A stretch of DNA of 64,000 nt, taken from assembly GCF_963921235.1 (NCBI RefSeq), contig NC_086097.1, forward strand, positions 243,538,001-243,602,000. The letters are read 5' to 3'. Both the position numbers and the translations under genes were made by a program. The number at the start of each line of letters is the position of its first letter. Positions within the stretch are counted from its first letter, which is position 1. Of the stretch, positions 1 through 12,892 are shown piece after piece. The notes beneath the pieces are model-generated. The model was not told the DNA's origin. It made no database searches and worked only from the letters and a program-made list of their open reading frames with translations. The stretch comes from Mobula hypostoma. Lineage: Eukaryota.

Positions 1-1149
1 AGGAGATTAGTGGGCAAAATTAGGGCACATGGTATTGGGGGCAGAGTACTGACATGGATTGAAAATTGGCTGGTTGACAGGAAACAAAGAGTAGCGATTA
101 ACGGGTCCCTTTTGGAATGGCAGGCTGTGACCAGTGGGGTACCGCAGGGTTCAGTGCTGGGACCACAGCTGTTTACAATATACATTAATGAATTAGATGA
201 AGGGATTAAAAGTAACATCAGCAAATTTGCAGATGACACAAAGCTGAGTGGCAGTGTGACATGTGAGGAGGATGTTATGAGAATGCAGGGTGACTTGGAC
301 AGGCTGGGTGAGTGGGCGGATGCATGGCAGATACAGTTTAATGTGGATAAATGTGAGGTTATCCACTTTGGTGGTAAGAACAGGAACGCAGATTATTATC
401 TAAATGGAGTCAAGTTAGGAAAAGGGGAAGTACAACGAGACCTAGGTGTTCTTGTACATCAGTCACTGAAAGCAAGCATGCAGGTACAGCAGACAGTGAA
501 GAATGGCATGCTGGCCTTCATAACAAGGGGAATTAAGTATAGGAGCAAAGAGGTCCTTCTGCAGCTGTACAGGGCCCTGGTGAGACCACACCTGGAGTAT
601 TGTGTGCAGTTTTGGTCTCCAAATTTGAGGAAGGACGTTCTTGCTATTGAGGGAGTGCAGCGTAGGTTCACAAGGTTAATTCCAGGGATGGCAGGACTGT
701 CATATGTTGAAAGATTGGAGCAACTGGGCTTGTATACACTGGAATTTAGAAGGATGAGAGGGGATCTAATTGAAACTTATAAGATTATTAAGGGATTGGA
801 CATGCTGGAGGCAGGAAGCATGTTCCCGCTGATGGGTGAGTCCAGAACCAAAGGCCACAGTTTAAGAATAAGGGGTAGGCCATTTAGAACGGAGATGAGG
901 AAAACTTTTTCAACCAGAGAGTGGAGGATATGTGGAATTCTCTGCCCCAGAAGGCAATGTAGGCCAAGTCTCTGGATACTTTGAAGAAAGAGATGGCTAG
1001 AGCTCTTAAAGATAGCGGAATCCAAGGTTATGGGGATAAGGCAGGAACTAGATACTGATAGTGGATGATCAGCCATGATCACAGTGAATGGCGGTGCTGG
1101 CTCGAAGGACTGAATGGCCTACTCTTGCACCTATTGTCTATTGTGTATT
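1..1149 (+). mobile_element. CR1 LINE 3' portion (RT domain and 3' UTR), runs off the window start
   Basis: ORF 10..984 has SGVPQGSVLGP, ISKFADD, RDLGV, LVRPHLEYC. The 3' end is GAATGGCCTACTCTTGCACCTATTGTCTATTG. Confidence 0.93.
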
Positions 1150-2233
1150 ACTAGGCTTACCCATAGCCCTCTATTTTTCAAAGCTCCGTGTACCTATCCA
1201 AAAGTCTCTTAAAAGACCCTATCGTATCCGCCTCCACCACCGTTGCCAGCAGCCCATTCCATGCACTCACCACTCTCTGAGTGAAAAACTTACTCCTGAC
1301 ACCTGCTCTTTACCTTCTCCCCAGCACCTTAAACCTGTGTCCTCTTGGGGCAACCATTTCGGCCCTGGGAAAAAGCCTCTGACTATCGACACAATCAATG
1401 CCTCTCATCATGTTATACACCTCTATCAGGTCACCTGTCATCCTCTGTCACTCCAAGGAGAAAAAGCCGAGTTCATTCAACCTATTCTCATAAGGCATGC
1501 TCCCCAATCCAGGCAACATCCTTGTAAATCTCCTCTGCACCCTTTCTATGGCTTCCACATCCTTCCTGTAGTTAGGCGACTAGAACTGAGCACAGTACTC
1601 CAAGTGGGGTCTGACCAGGGTCCTATACAGCTGCAACATTACCTCTCGGCTCCTAAATTCAGTTCCACGATTAATGAAAGCCAATACACCGTATGCCTTC
1701 TTAACCACAGAGTCAATCTGCGCAGCTGCTTTGAGTGTCCTATGGACTCGGATCCCAAGATCCCTCTGATCCTCCACACTGCCAGGAGTCTTACCATTAA
1801 TACTATATTGTGCCATCTTATTTGACCTACCAGAATGAAGCACCTCACACTTATCTGGGTTGAACTCCATCTGCCACTTCTCAGCCCAGTTTTGCATCCT
1901 ATCAATGTCCCGCTGTAACCTCTGACAGCCCTTCACACTATCCACAACACCCCCAACCTTTGTGTTATCAGCAAACTTACTAACCCATCCCTCCACTTCC
2001 TCATCCAAGTCATTTATAAAAATCACAAAGAGTAAGGGTCCCACAACAGATCCCTGAGGCACATCACTGGTCACCGGCCTCCATGCAGAATATGACCCAT
2101 CTACAAACGCTCTTCGCCTTCTGTGGGCAAGACAGTTCTGGATCCATAAAGCAATGTCCCCTTGGGTCCCATGCCTCCTTACTTTCTCAATAAGCTTTGC
2201 ATGGGGTACCTTATCAAATGCCTTGCTGAAATC
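1150..2233 (-). mobile_element. 5'-truncated, decayed CR1 LINE
   Basis: ORF 1580..2356 has DFSKAFDKVPH, VPQGSVVGP, SKFADN, LVRPHLEYCAQF. Confidence 0.9.
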
Positions 2234-2465
2234 AGTATCAGTACGGTGTCTATGAACAGTATATAAGACAATCCTTTCACTGTTTCTTGGTAAATATGAC
2301 AATAATAAACCGAACCAAAACCATATGGTGTTCAATCCTCCAGGACTGTTCTTCACAAAATTCTCAACTTGCTTCTTCTCTGGAACTTTCCAGAGTGGTA
2401 TGGAAATAATGATTGCTCACATGGAAGGATGGCGATTGTGGCTGTGAGTTACAGTAATTAATGTA

Positions 2466-3302
2466 CAGTGGCATGCAAAAGTTTGGGCACCCCGGTCAAA
2501 ATTTCTGTTACTGTGAATAGCTAAATTGATGAACTGAAAAGATTGGCTGATTTCCAAAAGGCATAAAATTAAAGATGACACATTTCTTTTATATTTTAAG
2601 CAAGAAAACTTTTTTATTTCCATCTCTTACGGTTTCAAAATAACAAAAAAGGAAAAGGGCCCCAAGCAAAAGTTTGGGCACCCTGCATGGCAGTACTTAG
2701 TACCACCCTCTTTGGCAAGTATCACAGCTTGTAAACGCCTTTTGTCGTCAACTAAGAGTCTTTCAATTCTTGTTTGGGGGATTTTCGCCCATTCTTCCTT
2801 GCAAAAGGCTTCTAGTTCTGTGAGATTTTTGGGCGCCTTGCATGCACTGCTCTTTTGAGGTCTATCCACAGATTTTCGATGATGTTTAGGTCGGGGGACT
2901 GTGAGGGCCATGGCAAAACCTTCAGCTTGTGCCTCTTGAGGTAGTCCATTGTGGATTTTGAGGTGTGTTTAGGTTCATTATCCTGTTGTAGAAGCCATCC
3001 TCTTTTCATCTTCAGCTTTTTTACAGACAGTGTGGGCTTCCAGAATTTGCTGGTATTTAATTGGATTCATTCTTCCCTCTACCAGTAAATGTTCCTCGTG
3101 GCACTGGCTGCAATACAAGCCCAAAGCATGATCGATCTACCTCTGTGCTTAACAGTTGGAGAGGGGTTCTTTTCATGAAATTCTGCACCCTTTTTTCTCC
3201 AAACATACCTTTGCTCATTGCGGCCAAAAAGTTCTATTTTAACTTCATCAGTTCACAGGACTTGTTTCCAAAATGCATCAGAGTTGTTTAGATGTTCCTT
3301 TG
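2466..3302 (-). mobile_element. Tc1/mariner (DD34E, IR/DR type) transposon, 3' half with one terminal repeat
   Basis: TA|CAGTG terminus at 2464-2470. 18-bp direct repeat GCAAAAGTTTGGGCACCC at 2475-2492 and 2666-2683. Transposase pieces QQDNEPKHTSKST, WPSQSPDLNIIENLW, AVILAKEGGTKY. Confidence 0.9.
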
Positions 3303-3319
3303 AACCTTTTGAATAGAAC

Positions 3320-3965
3320 TTTTTGGCCTGCGGTCTCCTCTACATCGGTGAAACCCGACGCAGATTGGGGGACCACTTCGTCAAGCACCTCTGCGCCGTC
3401 CGTCACAACAGACAGGATCTCCCGGTTGCCACCCACTTCCACTCTGCTTCACACTCCCATTCGGATATGTCTATACATGGCCTCCTCTACTGCCATGATG
3501 AGGCTAAACTCAGGTTGGAGAAGCAACACCTCATATACCGTCTGGGTAGTCTCCAGCCCCTGGGCATGAACATTGAATTCTCCAACTTCGGGTAATTCCC
3601 TTCCGCCATCCCTGTTTCACACTGTCCCCTCTTCCAGCTGCCTACTGCCTCCCTCATGATTCTGCCTCCTTCTACTACCCATTGTGCTTTTCCCTATTCC
3701 TTCTTCACCTTTCCTGCCTATCCCCTCCCCCACCCCTTGATCTTTCCCCTTAATGGTTTTTCACCTGATACCTACCAGCCTTCTCCTTCCCACCCTCCCC
3801 CTACCTTCTTTATAGGGCCTCTGCCCCTTCCCTCTTCAGTCCTGACGAAGGGTTCCGGCCTGAAACGTTGACTGATCATTTTCACGGATGCTGCCCGACC
3901 TGCTGAGCTCCTCCAGCGTGTTGTGAGTGTTGCTTTGACCCCAGCATCTGCAGAGTATTTTGTGT
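3320..3965 (+). mobile_element. Penelope-like element, 3' fragment (GIY-YIG endonuclease end and pseudo-LTR)
   Basis: ORF 3323..3595 (LLYIGETRRRLGDHF..HL, PVATHF, EKQHLIYRLGSLQPLGMNIEF) matches the Penelope C-terminus at 15556..15825. A pyrimidine tract and hammerhead motif follow. Confidence 0.88.
3837..3874 (+). ncRNA. Minimal type I hammerhead ribozyme (Penelope-associated)
   Basis: CAGTC-CTGACGA-AGG(gttccgg)CCT-GAAA-CGTT-GACTG: helix I CAGTC/GACTG, intact core, palindromic ACGT in place of helix III. Confidence 0.8.
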
Positions 3966-4664
3966 CTGGCTAAAACTTTAACTGCTACACCACTGTGCCA
4001 CAGGGTATAGAAATGAGGCATATGAAGATTGAATAACATTATCTTTAAATAGGAATAATAACTTTACACCTTACTCCACATCTCAAAACAACACTGTCTG
4101 TTGTCACTGTCCTGTTGTGTTTTCATAAGCCCTGAAGCTACAAAGAGGAGTTCCTCTTGCCTAGAGTTACTTTGTCACTTTACCATTCCTGTCAGAGTCA
4201 CCTTCTGCTCCCACACCTAGCGCCAGTTTACGTACAGACAATCAGTCCAAGGATGTAAGCTAATTTTGATGGCCACATTCAGTTACTTGTACACTGTGTT
4301 TTATAGGATTGCATTTATACTTATATATATTATGTTTTTTTATGCTGAATTGTGCTTTTAAATGCTGTATCAGATCTGGAGTAGCAATCATTTTATTCTC
4401 TTTTACACTCACGTACTGGAAATGACAATAAACAGTCTTGAGACTTAAATCTTAAGCATGCTGATGTTTCATACAGTTGATAGATGAATTGTTGAGGAGG
4501 ATGTAATGCTTGTGACTTTTACAACGTCTGCAAGTTGATTACAAATTTAAAATGAAGCATTTTTAAACATTAACATTCTAAAGTCCATTTCTATGACCTT
4601 CGTGAACTGTGGAACAAAGAAGACTTCAATAAGTGAAAGGTAAGCAACATGTATTACGTCTTTC

Positions 4665-5457
4665 ATAGAAACATAGAAACATAGAAAATAGGTGCAGGAG
4701 TAGGCCATTCGGCCCTTCGAGCCTGCACCGCCATTTATTATGATCATGGCTGATCATCCAACTCAGAACCCAGCCTTCCCTCCATACCCCCTGACCCCTG
4801 TAGCCACAAGGGCCATATCTAACTTCCTTTTAAACATAGCTAATGAACTGGCCTCAACAGTTTGCTGTGGCAGAGAATTCCACAGATTCACCACTCTCTG
4901 TGTGAAGAAGTTTTTCCTAACCTCGGTCCTAAAAGGCTTCCCCTCTATCCTCAAACTGTGACCCCTCGTTCTAGACCTCCCCAACATCGGGAACAATCTT
5001 CCTGCATCTAGCCTGTCCAATCCCTTTAGGATCTTATACGTTTCAATCAGATCCCCCCTCAATCTTCTAAATTCCAACGAGTACAAGCCCAGTTCATCCA
5101 GTCTTTCTTCATATGAAAGACCTGCCATCCCAGGAATCAATCTGGTGAACCTTCTTTGTACTCCCTCTATGGCAAAGATGTCTTTCCTCAGATTAGGGGA
5201 CCAAAACTGCACACAATACTCCAGGTGTGGTCTCACCAAGGCCTTGTACAACTGCAGTAGTACCTCCCTGCTCCTGTACTCGAATCCTCTCGCTATAAAT
5301 GCCAGCATACCGTTCGCCTTTTTCACCGCCTGCTGTACCTGCATGCCCACTTTCAATGACTGGTGTATAATGACACCCAGGTCTCGTTGCACCTCCCCTT
5401 TTCCTAATCGGCCACCATTCAGATAATAATCTGTTTTCCTATTTTTGCCACCAAAGT
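4665..5457 (-). mobile_element. Young 5'-truncated CR1, same subfamily as the intact element at 46762-51376
   Basis: ORF 4763..5392 differs from the C-terminus of ORF 48280..51279 at only about 2 residues. Tail is (TTTCTATG)n. Confidence 0.95.
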
Positions 5458-5679
5458 GTCATGATTACGTGTCAGCTCTAATTCAGTTGAGTCATTGCGT
5501 GGAGCAGTTTTGGTTTTACAGTGCTGACGCTGTAATTGTGCAAATAGGTGATAAGATATGGGGAACTGCTTTTGTGAATAGCTACAGTCCATGTGCTGAA
5601 ACTGCACCCCCCACCCCCACGCACAGTGGTGCAAAGTCTGTAAGATTCCAGGATTCAGTCTCACCTCACCTGGTCTCAC

Positions 5680-5875
5680 GTACCACCTCCCAGGGTACTC
5701 CTTCGCCCACCCCTCACTTTCTTATTCTGGTATCTGCCTTCTTCCTTTCCAGTCCTGATGAAGCGGCCTGGCCTGAAACATCGACTGTTTATTCCTCTTC
5801 ACATATGCTGCCTGACCTGAGTTCGTCCAGCATATTGTGTGTGTTTTTAGCAGCTGCAGAATTTTTTGTGTTCAT
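5680..5875 (+). mobile_element. Decayed Penelope pseudo-LTR fragment with hammerhead motif at 5750-5787
   Basis: CAGTC-CTGATGA...CCT-GAAA-CATC-GACTG followed by ATGCTGCCTGACCTGAGTT, as at 3837-3960. Confidence 0.75.
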
Positions 5876-5969
5876 TTACAAAAGTGCTCTTTCCCTCCTT
5901 CGTTTATTTGAATTAAGCGCAAAATCATAGCAAGGTAAATTGCAAAGTAAAGAGTCTATCTTATCATAC

Positions 5970-6324
5970 AATAGGTCCATTGAAGACTCTGATAACAGTG
6001 GGATGCAAGTTGTCCCTGAGTCTTATGGTACATGTTTTCAGGCTTTTGTAACTTCTGCAAGATCCGAGGGGGAGAAACGAGAACGTCCGAGTTGGGTGGG
6101 TATTTCATTATGCTGGCTGCTTTAGCAAGACAGTGTCCACAGAGGGAAGGCTGCTTCCTGTGATGTGCTGAGCTGTGTCCACAAGCCTCTGCAGTTTGTT
6201 GTACCACATACAGAACAGTTGCGAGACCAGGTAGCTACATACAGTATCTAGACAGAATCCTTTTTATCATTCATCGATTAAAATAGAGAAGAGCCAACAG
6301 CGACATCCCAAATTTCTTTAGCCT
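5970..6324 (-). mobile_element. Rex1/Babar-like LINE 3' fragment, decayed
   Basis: Peptide AKAASIMKYPP (5956..6207) resembles the C-terminal region of the larger copy at 20917-22770. Confidence 0.55.
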
Positions 6325-8000
6325 CCAATAGACAATAGGTGCAGGAGTAGGCCATTCAGCCCTTCGAGCCAGCATCGCCATTCACTGTGATCATGGCTGA
6401 TCATCCACAATCAGTACCCTGTTCCTGCCTTCTCCCCATATCCCTTCACTCCGCTGCCTTTAAGAGCTCTATTTAACTCTTTTTTGAAAGAATCCAGAGA
6501 ATTGGCCTCCACTGCCTTCTGAGGCAGAGCATTCCACAGATCCACAACCCTCCGTGTGAAAAAGCTTTTCCTCAACTCCGTTCTAAATGGCCTACTCCTT
6601 ATTCTTAAACTGTGGCCTCTGGTTCTGGGCTCCCCCAATATCAGGAACATGCTTCCTGCCTGCAGCGTGTCCAATCCCTTAATAATCTTATATGTTTCAA
6701 AAAGATCACCTCTCAGCCTTCTAAATTCCAGTGTATACAAACCCAGTCACTCCAATCTTTCAACATATGACATTCCTGCCATCCCTGGAATTAACCCAGT
6801 GAACCTACGCTGCACTCCCTCCATAGCAAGAATGTCCTTCCTCAAATTTGGAGATCAAAACTGCACACAGTACTCCAGGTGTGGTCTCACCAGGGACTTG
6901 TACAACTGCAGAAGGACCTCTTTGCTCCTATACTCAACTCTCCTTGTTATGTAGGCGAACATGTCATTAGCTTTCTTCACTGCCTGCTGTACCTGCATGC
7001 TTACTTTCACTGACTGATGAACAAGGGCACCCAGATCTCATTGTACTTCCCCTTTTCCTAACTTGACACCATTCAGATAGTAATCTGCCTTCCTGCTCTT
7101 GCCACCAAAGTGGATAACCTCACATTTATCCATATTAAACTGCATCTGCCATACCTCTGCCCACTCACCCAACCTGTCCAAGTCACCCTGCATTCTCATA
7201 ACATCCTCCTCACATTTCACACTGTCACCCAGCTTTGTGTCATCGGCAAATTTGCTAATGTTACTTTTAATCCCTTCATCTAAATCATTACTGTATACTG
7301 TATTGTAAATAGCTGCGGTCCCAGCACCGAGCCTTGCGGTACCCCACTAGTCACTGCCTGCCATTCTGAAAAGGACCCGTTAATCCCTACTCTTTGTTTC
7401 CTGTCTGCCAACCAATTTTCTATCCATGTCAGTACCCTACCCCCAATACCATGTGCTCTAATTTTGCCCACTATCCTCTTATGTGGGACCTTATCAAAGG
7501 CTTTCTGAAAGTTCAAACATCTACTGGCTTTCCCACGTCCAATTTCATAGTTACATCCTCAAAAAATTCCAGAAGATTAGTCAAGCATGATTCCCCCTTC
7601 GTAAGTCGCCGCTGACTCAGACCTATCCTGCTACAGCTGTCCAAATATGCCACTATTTCATCTTTTATAATTGACTCCAGCATCTTCCCCACCACTGATG
7701 TCAGACTAACTGGTCTATAATTCCCTGTTTTCTCTCTCCCTCCTTTCTTAAAAAGTGGGATAACATTGGCTGCCCTCCAATCCGCAGGAACTGATCCCGA
7801 ATCTATAGAACATTGGAAAGTGATTACCAAAGCGTCCACGATTTCTAGAGCCACCTTCTTAGGTACCCTGGGATGCAGACCATCAGGCCCTGGGGATTTA
7901 TCAGCCTTCAATCCCATTGGTTTACCCAACAGCATTTTCTGCCTAATGCGAATTTCCTTCAGTTCCTCCGTTACCCTAGGTCCTCTGGCCACTATTACAT

Positions 8001-9762
8001 AGAAACCATAGAAACTACAGCACAGAAACAGGCCTTTTGGCCCTTCTTGGCTGTGCTGAACTATTTTCTGCCTAGTCCCATGGACCATATCCCTCCATAC
8101 ACCTCCCATCCATGTATCTGTCCAATTTATTCTTAATTGTTAAAAAAGAACCTGCATTTACCACCTCATCTGGCAGCTCATTCCATACTCCCACCACTCT
8201 CTGTGCGAAGAAGCCCCCACTAATGTTCCCTTTAAACTTTACCCCCCTCACCTTTAACCCATGTCCTCTGGTTTTTTTCTCCCCTTGCCTCAGTGGAAAA
8301 AGCCTGCTTGCATTCACTCTATCTATACCCATCATAATTTTATATACCTCTATCAAATCTCCCCTCATTCTTCTACGCTCCAGGGAATAAAGTCCTAACC
8401 TGTTCAACCTTTCTCTGTAAATGAGTTTCTCAAGTCCCGGCAACATCCTTGTAAACCTTCTCTGAACTCTTTCAACCTTATTTATATCCTTCCTGTAATT
8501 TGGTGACCAAAACTGAACACAATACTCCAGATTCGGCCTCACCAATGCCTTCTACAACCTCATCATAACATTCCAGCTCTTATACTCAATACTTTGATTA
8601 ATAAAGGCCAATGTACCAAAAGCTCTTTTTACGACCCTATCTACTTGTGACGCCACTTTTAGGGAATTTTGTATCTGTATTCCCAGATCCCTCTGTTCCA
8701 CTGCACTCCTCAGTGCCTTACCATTAACTCTGTATGTTCTACGTTGGTTTGTCCTTCCAACATGCAATACCTCACACTTGTCTGTATTAAACTCCATCTG
8801 CCATTTTTCAGCCCATTTTTCCAGCTGGTCCAAGTCCCTCTGCAGGCTCTGAAAACCTTTCTCACTGTCTACTACACCGCCAATCTTTGTACCATCAGCA
8901 AATTTGCTGATCCAATTTACCACATTATCATCCAGATCATTGATATAGATGACAAATAACAATGGACCCAGCACTGATCCCTGTGGCACACCACTAGTCA
9001 CAGGCCTCCACTCGGAGAAGCAATTCTCTACTACCACTCTTTGGCTTCTTCTATTGAGCCAATGTCTGATCCAATTTACCACCTCTCCATGTATACCTAG
9101 CGACTGAATTTTCCTAACTAACCTCCCATGCGGGACCTTGTCAAAGGCCTTACTGAAATCCATGTAGACAATATCCACTGCCTTCCCTTCATCCACTTTC
9201 CTGGTAACCTCCTCGAAAAACTCCAATAGATTGGTCAAACATGACCTACCACGCACAAAGCCATGTTGACTCTCCCTAATAAGTCCCTGTCTATCCAAAT
9301 GCTTGTAGATTCTGTCTCTTAGTACTCCCTCCAATAACTTACCTACTACCGACATTAAACTTACCGGCCTATAATTTCCCAGATTACTTTTCGATCCTTT
9401 TTTAAACAACGGAACAACATGAGCCACTCTGCAATCCTCCGGCACCTCACCTGTAGACAGCGACATTTTAAATATTTCTGCCAGGGCCCCTGCAATTTCA
9501 ACACTAGTCTCCTTCAAGGTCCGAGGGAACACCCTGTCAGGTCCTGGGGATTTATCCACTTTAATTTTCCTCAAGACAGCAAGGACCTCCTCCTTTTCAA
9601 TCTGTGCAGTTTCCATGATCTCACTACTTGTTTCCCTTAATTCCATAGACTACAGTTTCCATGATCTCACTACTTGTTTCCCTTAATTCCACAGTCTACA
9701 GTTTCCATGATCTCACTACTTGTTTCCCTTAATTCCACAGACTACAGTTTCCATGATCTCAC
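8001..9762 (-). mobile_element. Nested 5'-truncated CR1 of a second subfamily
   Basis: RT ORFs 8552..9646 and 8072..8545. Flanked by TACAT at 7996-8000 and 9763-9767, and the host reading resumes across it. Confidence 0.92.
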
Positions 9763-9765
9763 TAC
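9607..9765. repeat. 46-bp tandem repeat, about 3.5 copies
   Basis: Unit CAGTTTCCATGATCTCACTACTTGTTTCCCTTAATTCCAYAGWCTA starts at 9607, 9653, 9699 and 9745. Confidence 0.95.
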
Positions 9766-12429
9766 ATCTGGGAGATTGTTTGTGTCTTCCTTAATGAAGA
9801 CAGATCCAAAGTACCTGTCCAGCTTGTCTGCCATTTCCTTGTTCCCCATAATAATTTCACCCGTTTCTATCTTCAAGGGCCCAACTTTGGTCTTAACTAA
9901 TTTTTTCCTCTTCACATACCTAAAGAACCTTTTACTATCCTCCTTCATATTATTGACTAGCTTACCTTCACACCTCATCTTTTCCCCCCGTATTGCCTTT
10001 TTATTTATCTTCTGTGGCTCCTTAAAAGTCTCCCAATCCTCTGGCTTCCTGCTCATCCTTGCTATGTTATACTTCCCCTCTTTTATTTTTATACTGTCCT
10101 TGACTTCCCTTGTCATCCATGGTCGCCCCTTAGAATCTTTCTTCCTCTTTGGAATGAACTGATCCTGCACCTTCTGTATTATTCCCAGAAATACCTGCTA
10201 TTGTTGTTCCACTGTCATCCCTGCTAGGGTATCTTTCCAGTCAACTTTGGCTAGCTCCTCCCTCATGGGTCCATAGTCCCCTTTGTTCAACTGTAATACT
10301 GACACTTCCGATTTTCCCTTCTCCCTCTCAAATTGTAGATTAAAACTTATCATATTATGGTCACTACCTCCTAATGGCTCCTTTATCTCGAGTTCCCTTA
10401 TCAAATCTGGCTCATTACACAACACTAAATCCAGAATTGCCTTCTCCCTGGTAGGCTCCAGTACAATCTGCTCTAAGAATCCATCTCTGAGGCATTCCAC
10501 AAACTCCCTTTCTTGGGGTCCAGTACCAACCTGATTTTCCCAGTCTTCCTGCATGTTGAAATCCCCCATAACAACTGTAGTATTACCTTTGCGACATGCC
10601 AATTTTAACTCTTGATTTAACTTGCACCCTGTATCCAGGCTACTGTTAGGGGGCCTGTAGATAACTCCCATCAGGGTCTTTTTGCCCTTACAGTTTCTCA
10701 GTTCTATCCATACTGACTCTATGTCTCCTGATTCTATGTCCCCCCTCGCAAGGGACTGAATACCATTCCTCACCAACAGAGCCACCCCACCCCCTCTGCC
10801 AACCTGTCTGTCCTTTCGATAGGATGTATATCCCTGAATATTCATTTCCCAGCCCTGGTCCTCTTGCAGCCATGTCTCTGTTATTCCCACAACGTCATAC
10901 TTGCCAATTTCCAGCTGAGCCTCAAGCTCATCCACTTTATTTATTATACTTCGTGCATACATATCTAATACTTTTAATCCATTTAAAGTAATACTTTTAC
11001 TCCCCTCACCTTTCACATCGATTCCTATTGCACTAGGCCATACTCTCTGATCCCTTCCTGAGCTTTCTGCCCGTTAATTCTGTTGTCTTTCTTAACTTTT
11101 CTTATTCTTTCTTTACCTTTAACTCCATCCTTATATTTCCAGTTTGTCCCCTCACCCCCACTACTTAGTTTAAACACACCCGTGTAGCAGTGGCAAACCT
11201 GCCTGCCAGAACGCTGGTCCCCCGTCTGTTAAGATGCAACCCGTTCCTTCTGTACAATTCATCCTTACCCCAAAACAGATCCCAGTGGTCTAAGAATCTA
11301 AATCCCTGCTCCCCACACTAGCTCCTCAGCCACATATTCAGATCCCCTATCTCCCTGTTCCTGCCCTCAGCAGCACGAGGAACTGGAAGCAAACCGGAGA
11401 TAACCACCCTGGAGGTCCTGCTTTTTAGCCTTCTTCCGAGTTCTCTGAAGTCACGCTGCAGAATTTCTTTCCGCTTCCTCCCGTTGTCATTTGTGCCGAC
11501 ATACACCACCACTTCCGGCTGTTCACCTTCACTCTTCAGGATGCCCTGCAATCTGTCTGTGACGTCCTGGATTCTGGCACTAGGGAGGCAACACACCATC
11601 CTTAAATCCCGCCTGTTGCCGCAGAAACCCCTTTCTGTACCTCTGACTATGGAGTCCCCTATTACCACGGCTCTGCCTGACTTCTATCTCCTCAGCTTTG
11701 TTTCAGTGCCAATTTTTGACTCATAGACCTGTCCGCCTCTCAGACTGGACTGGCAATGTCTTCTGTCCGGACAGCTTCCAAGAGGGTGAACCTGTTTTCT
11801 AGAGGTACATCCCCCGGGGTCTCCTGTACTCCAAGCATCCATCCCTTCCTCATTGTCACCCCACTTCTCTCTTCCGGTATCTTCGGTGTAACGATCTCGC
11901 TGTAGGTCCTGTCCAGAAAACTCTCGTTTCCTGGATAAACCTGAGGTCATCCAGTTCCTTCTCCAGTGCCTCAACACGGTCCTTCAGGAGCTGAATCTGG
12001 ACACATTTTCCACATTTGTAGCAGCCAGAGGCACCATCAACGCAACGTCCCTGACCTCCCACATCATGCAAGCAGCACACTGAATCAGTTGACCTGTCAT
12101 TTCTTCACCAATTCTCACCCTCTCCAGCTGTGGCGTAGTCTCCTCCCTCAGCCTCCTCGCCGAAGATTCTCAAGACAAAGACTTGCACTTTTCTCACAAG
12201 GCACTTCCCTCGACAAGTCCGCTCCCCTAGAGCAAACCTTGATTATATTGGCTGATATTTTGACTAATTCGTTTCACTTGTCGCACCTCGTCCGACCTCG
12301 AACGTTTGTGTCGCTGGCTGGTCTCAACCGGTTTTTAAATCAACCACTCCTTCTCAGCCAATCCCCTCACTCGCTCCTTCATTTGTCTCACCTCAACCGA
12401 CCTCGAACTCCAGAGGAAGTAGAGGAGTT

Positions 12430-12665
12430 ACCTACAGGAAAGAAGTAAATAAGATAGCAAGAGTGCAGAGAAAATTTGCAAGAATGTTACCGTGACCTGA
12501 GGACCTGAGTTATAAGGGAAAGTTGAAAAGGTTTGTACTTTATTCCCTAGAGTGCAGAAATTTGGGGGAGATTTGATAGAGTATACAAAATTATGAGGGG
12601 TATAGATAGGGTAAATGCAAACAGGCTTTTTTTCACTGAGGTTGGCTGGGACTACAACTAGAGAT
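12430..12665 (+). mobile_element. Short decayed CR1 ORF2 3' fragment
   Basis: Nucleotide similarity to the ERVQRRFTRMLPGL...GDLIEVYKIMRGIDRV region of other CR1 copies. Confidence 0.7.
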
Positions 12666-12667
12666 CA

Positions 12668-12805
12668 GAGTTCAAAGTAAATTTATTACTGAAGTACATA
12701 TATGTCACCATATACAGCCCTGAGATTCATTTTCTTGTGGGCATACTTAGTAAATCGAAGAAACACAACAGAATCAATGTGCAAATACAAAGAAAGATAA
12801 CAATA
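12668..12805 (-). mobile_element. 3' terminus of the Rex1/Babar-like LINE, split off by the L1 insertion
   Basis: TTTATT polyA signal (minus strand) and A-rich sequence that continues at 20917. Confidence 0.55.
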
Positions 12806-12892
12806 GAGGACCGCCCTTGTCTTCAATGGAGTAGCAGTCATTTTGTGCTGCTCTTAGTTTTCTTTCTCTCCCCCTATTTTATTTGCTGATTC

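Larger units (their letters stand above)
6325..12410 (-). mobile_element. Near full-length decayed CR1 (5' UTR, ORF1 zinc finger and SGNH esterase, ORF2 APE-RT), interrupted at 8001-9762
   Basis: 11856..12080 CxxC motifs; 11318..11668 VIGDSIVRG and VGTND; 10198..11016 GITETWL, YRPP, MGDFN, SDHNMI; RT pieces at 6411-8000. Confidence 0.92.

Noticed and set aside
1088..1825. 245-aa plus-strand ORF and the many similar shadow ORFs (e.g. 48618..49121, 51554..52078, 60231..60584)
   Set aside because: Antisense or alternate frames of LINE coding sequence. They recur only because the elements recur.
5445..5930. 161-aa ORF as a host gene
   Set aside because: It starts in a CR1 end and crosses a Penelope pseudo-LTR, with no recognisable domain.
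9607..9765. CRISPR-like array
   Set aside because: Units are contiguous with no unique spacers, derive from CR1 ORF2, and there are no cas genes. The context is eukaryotic.
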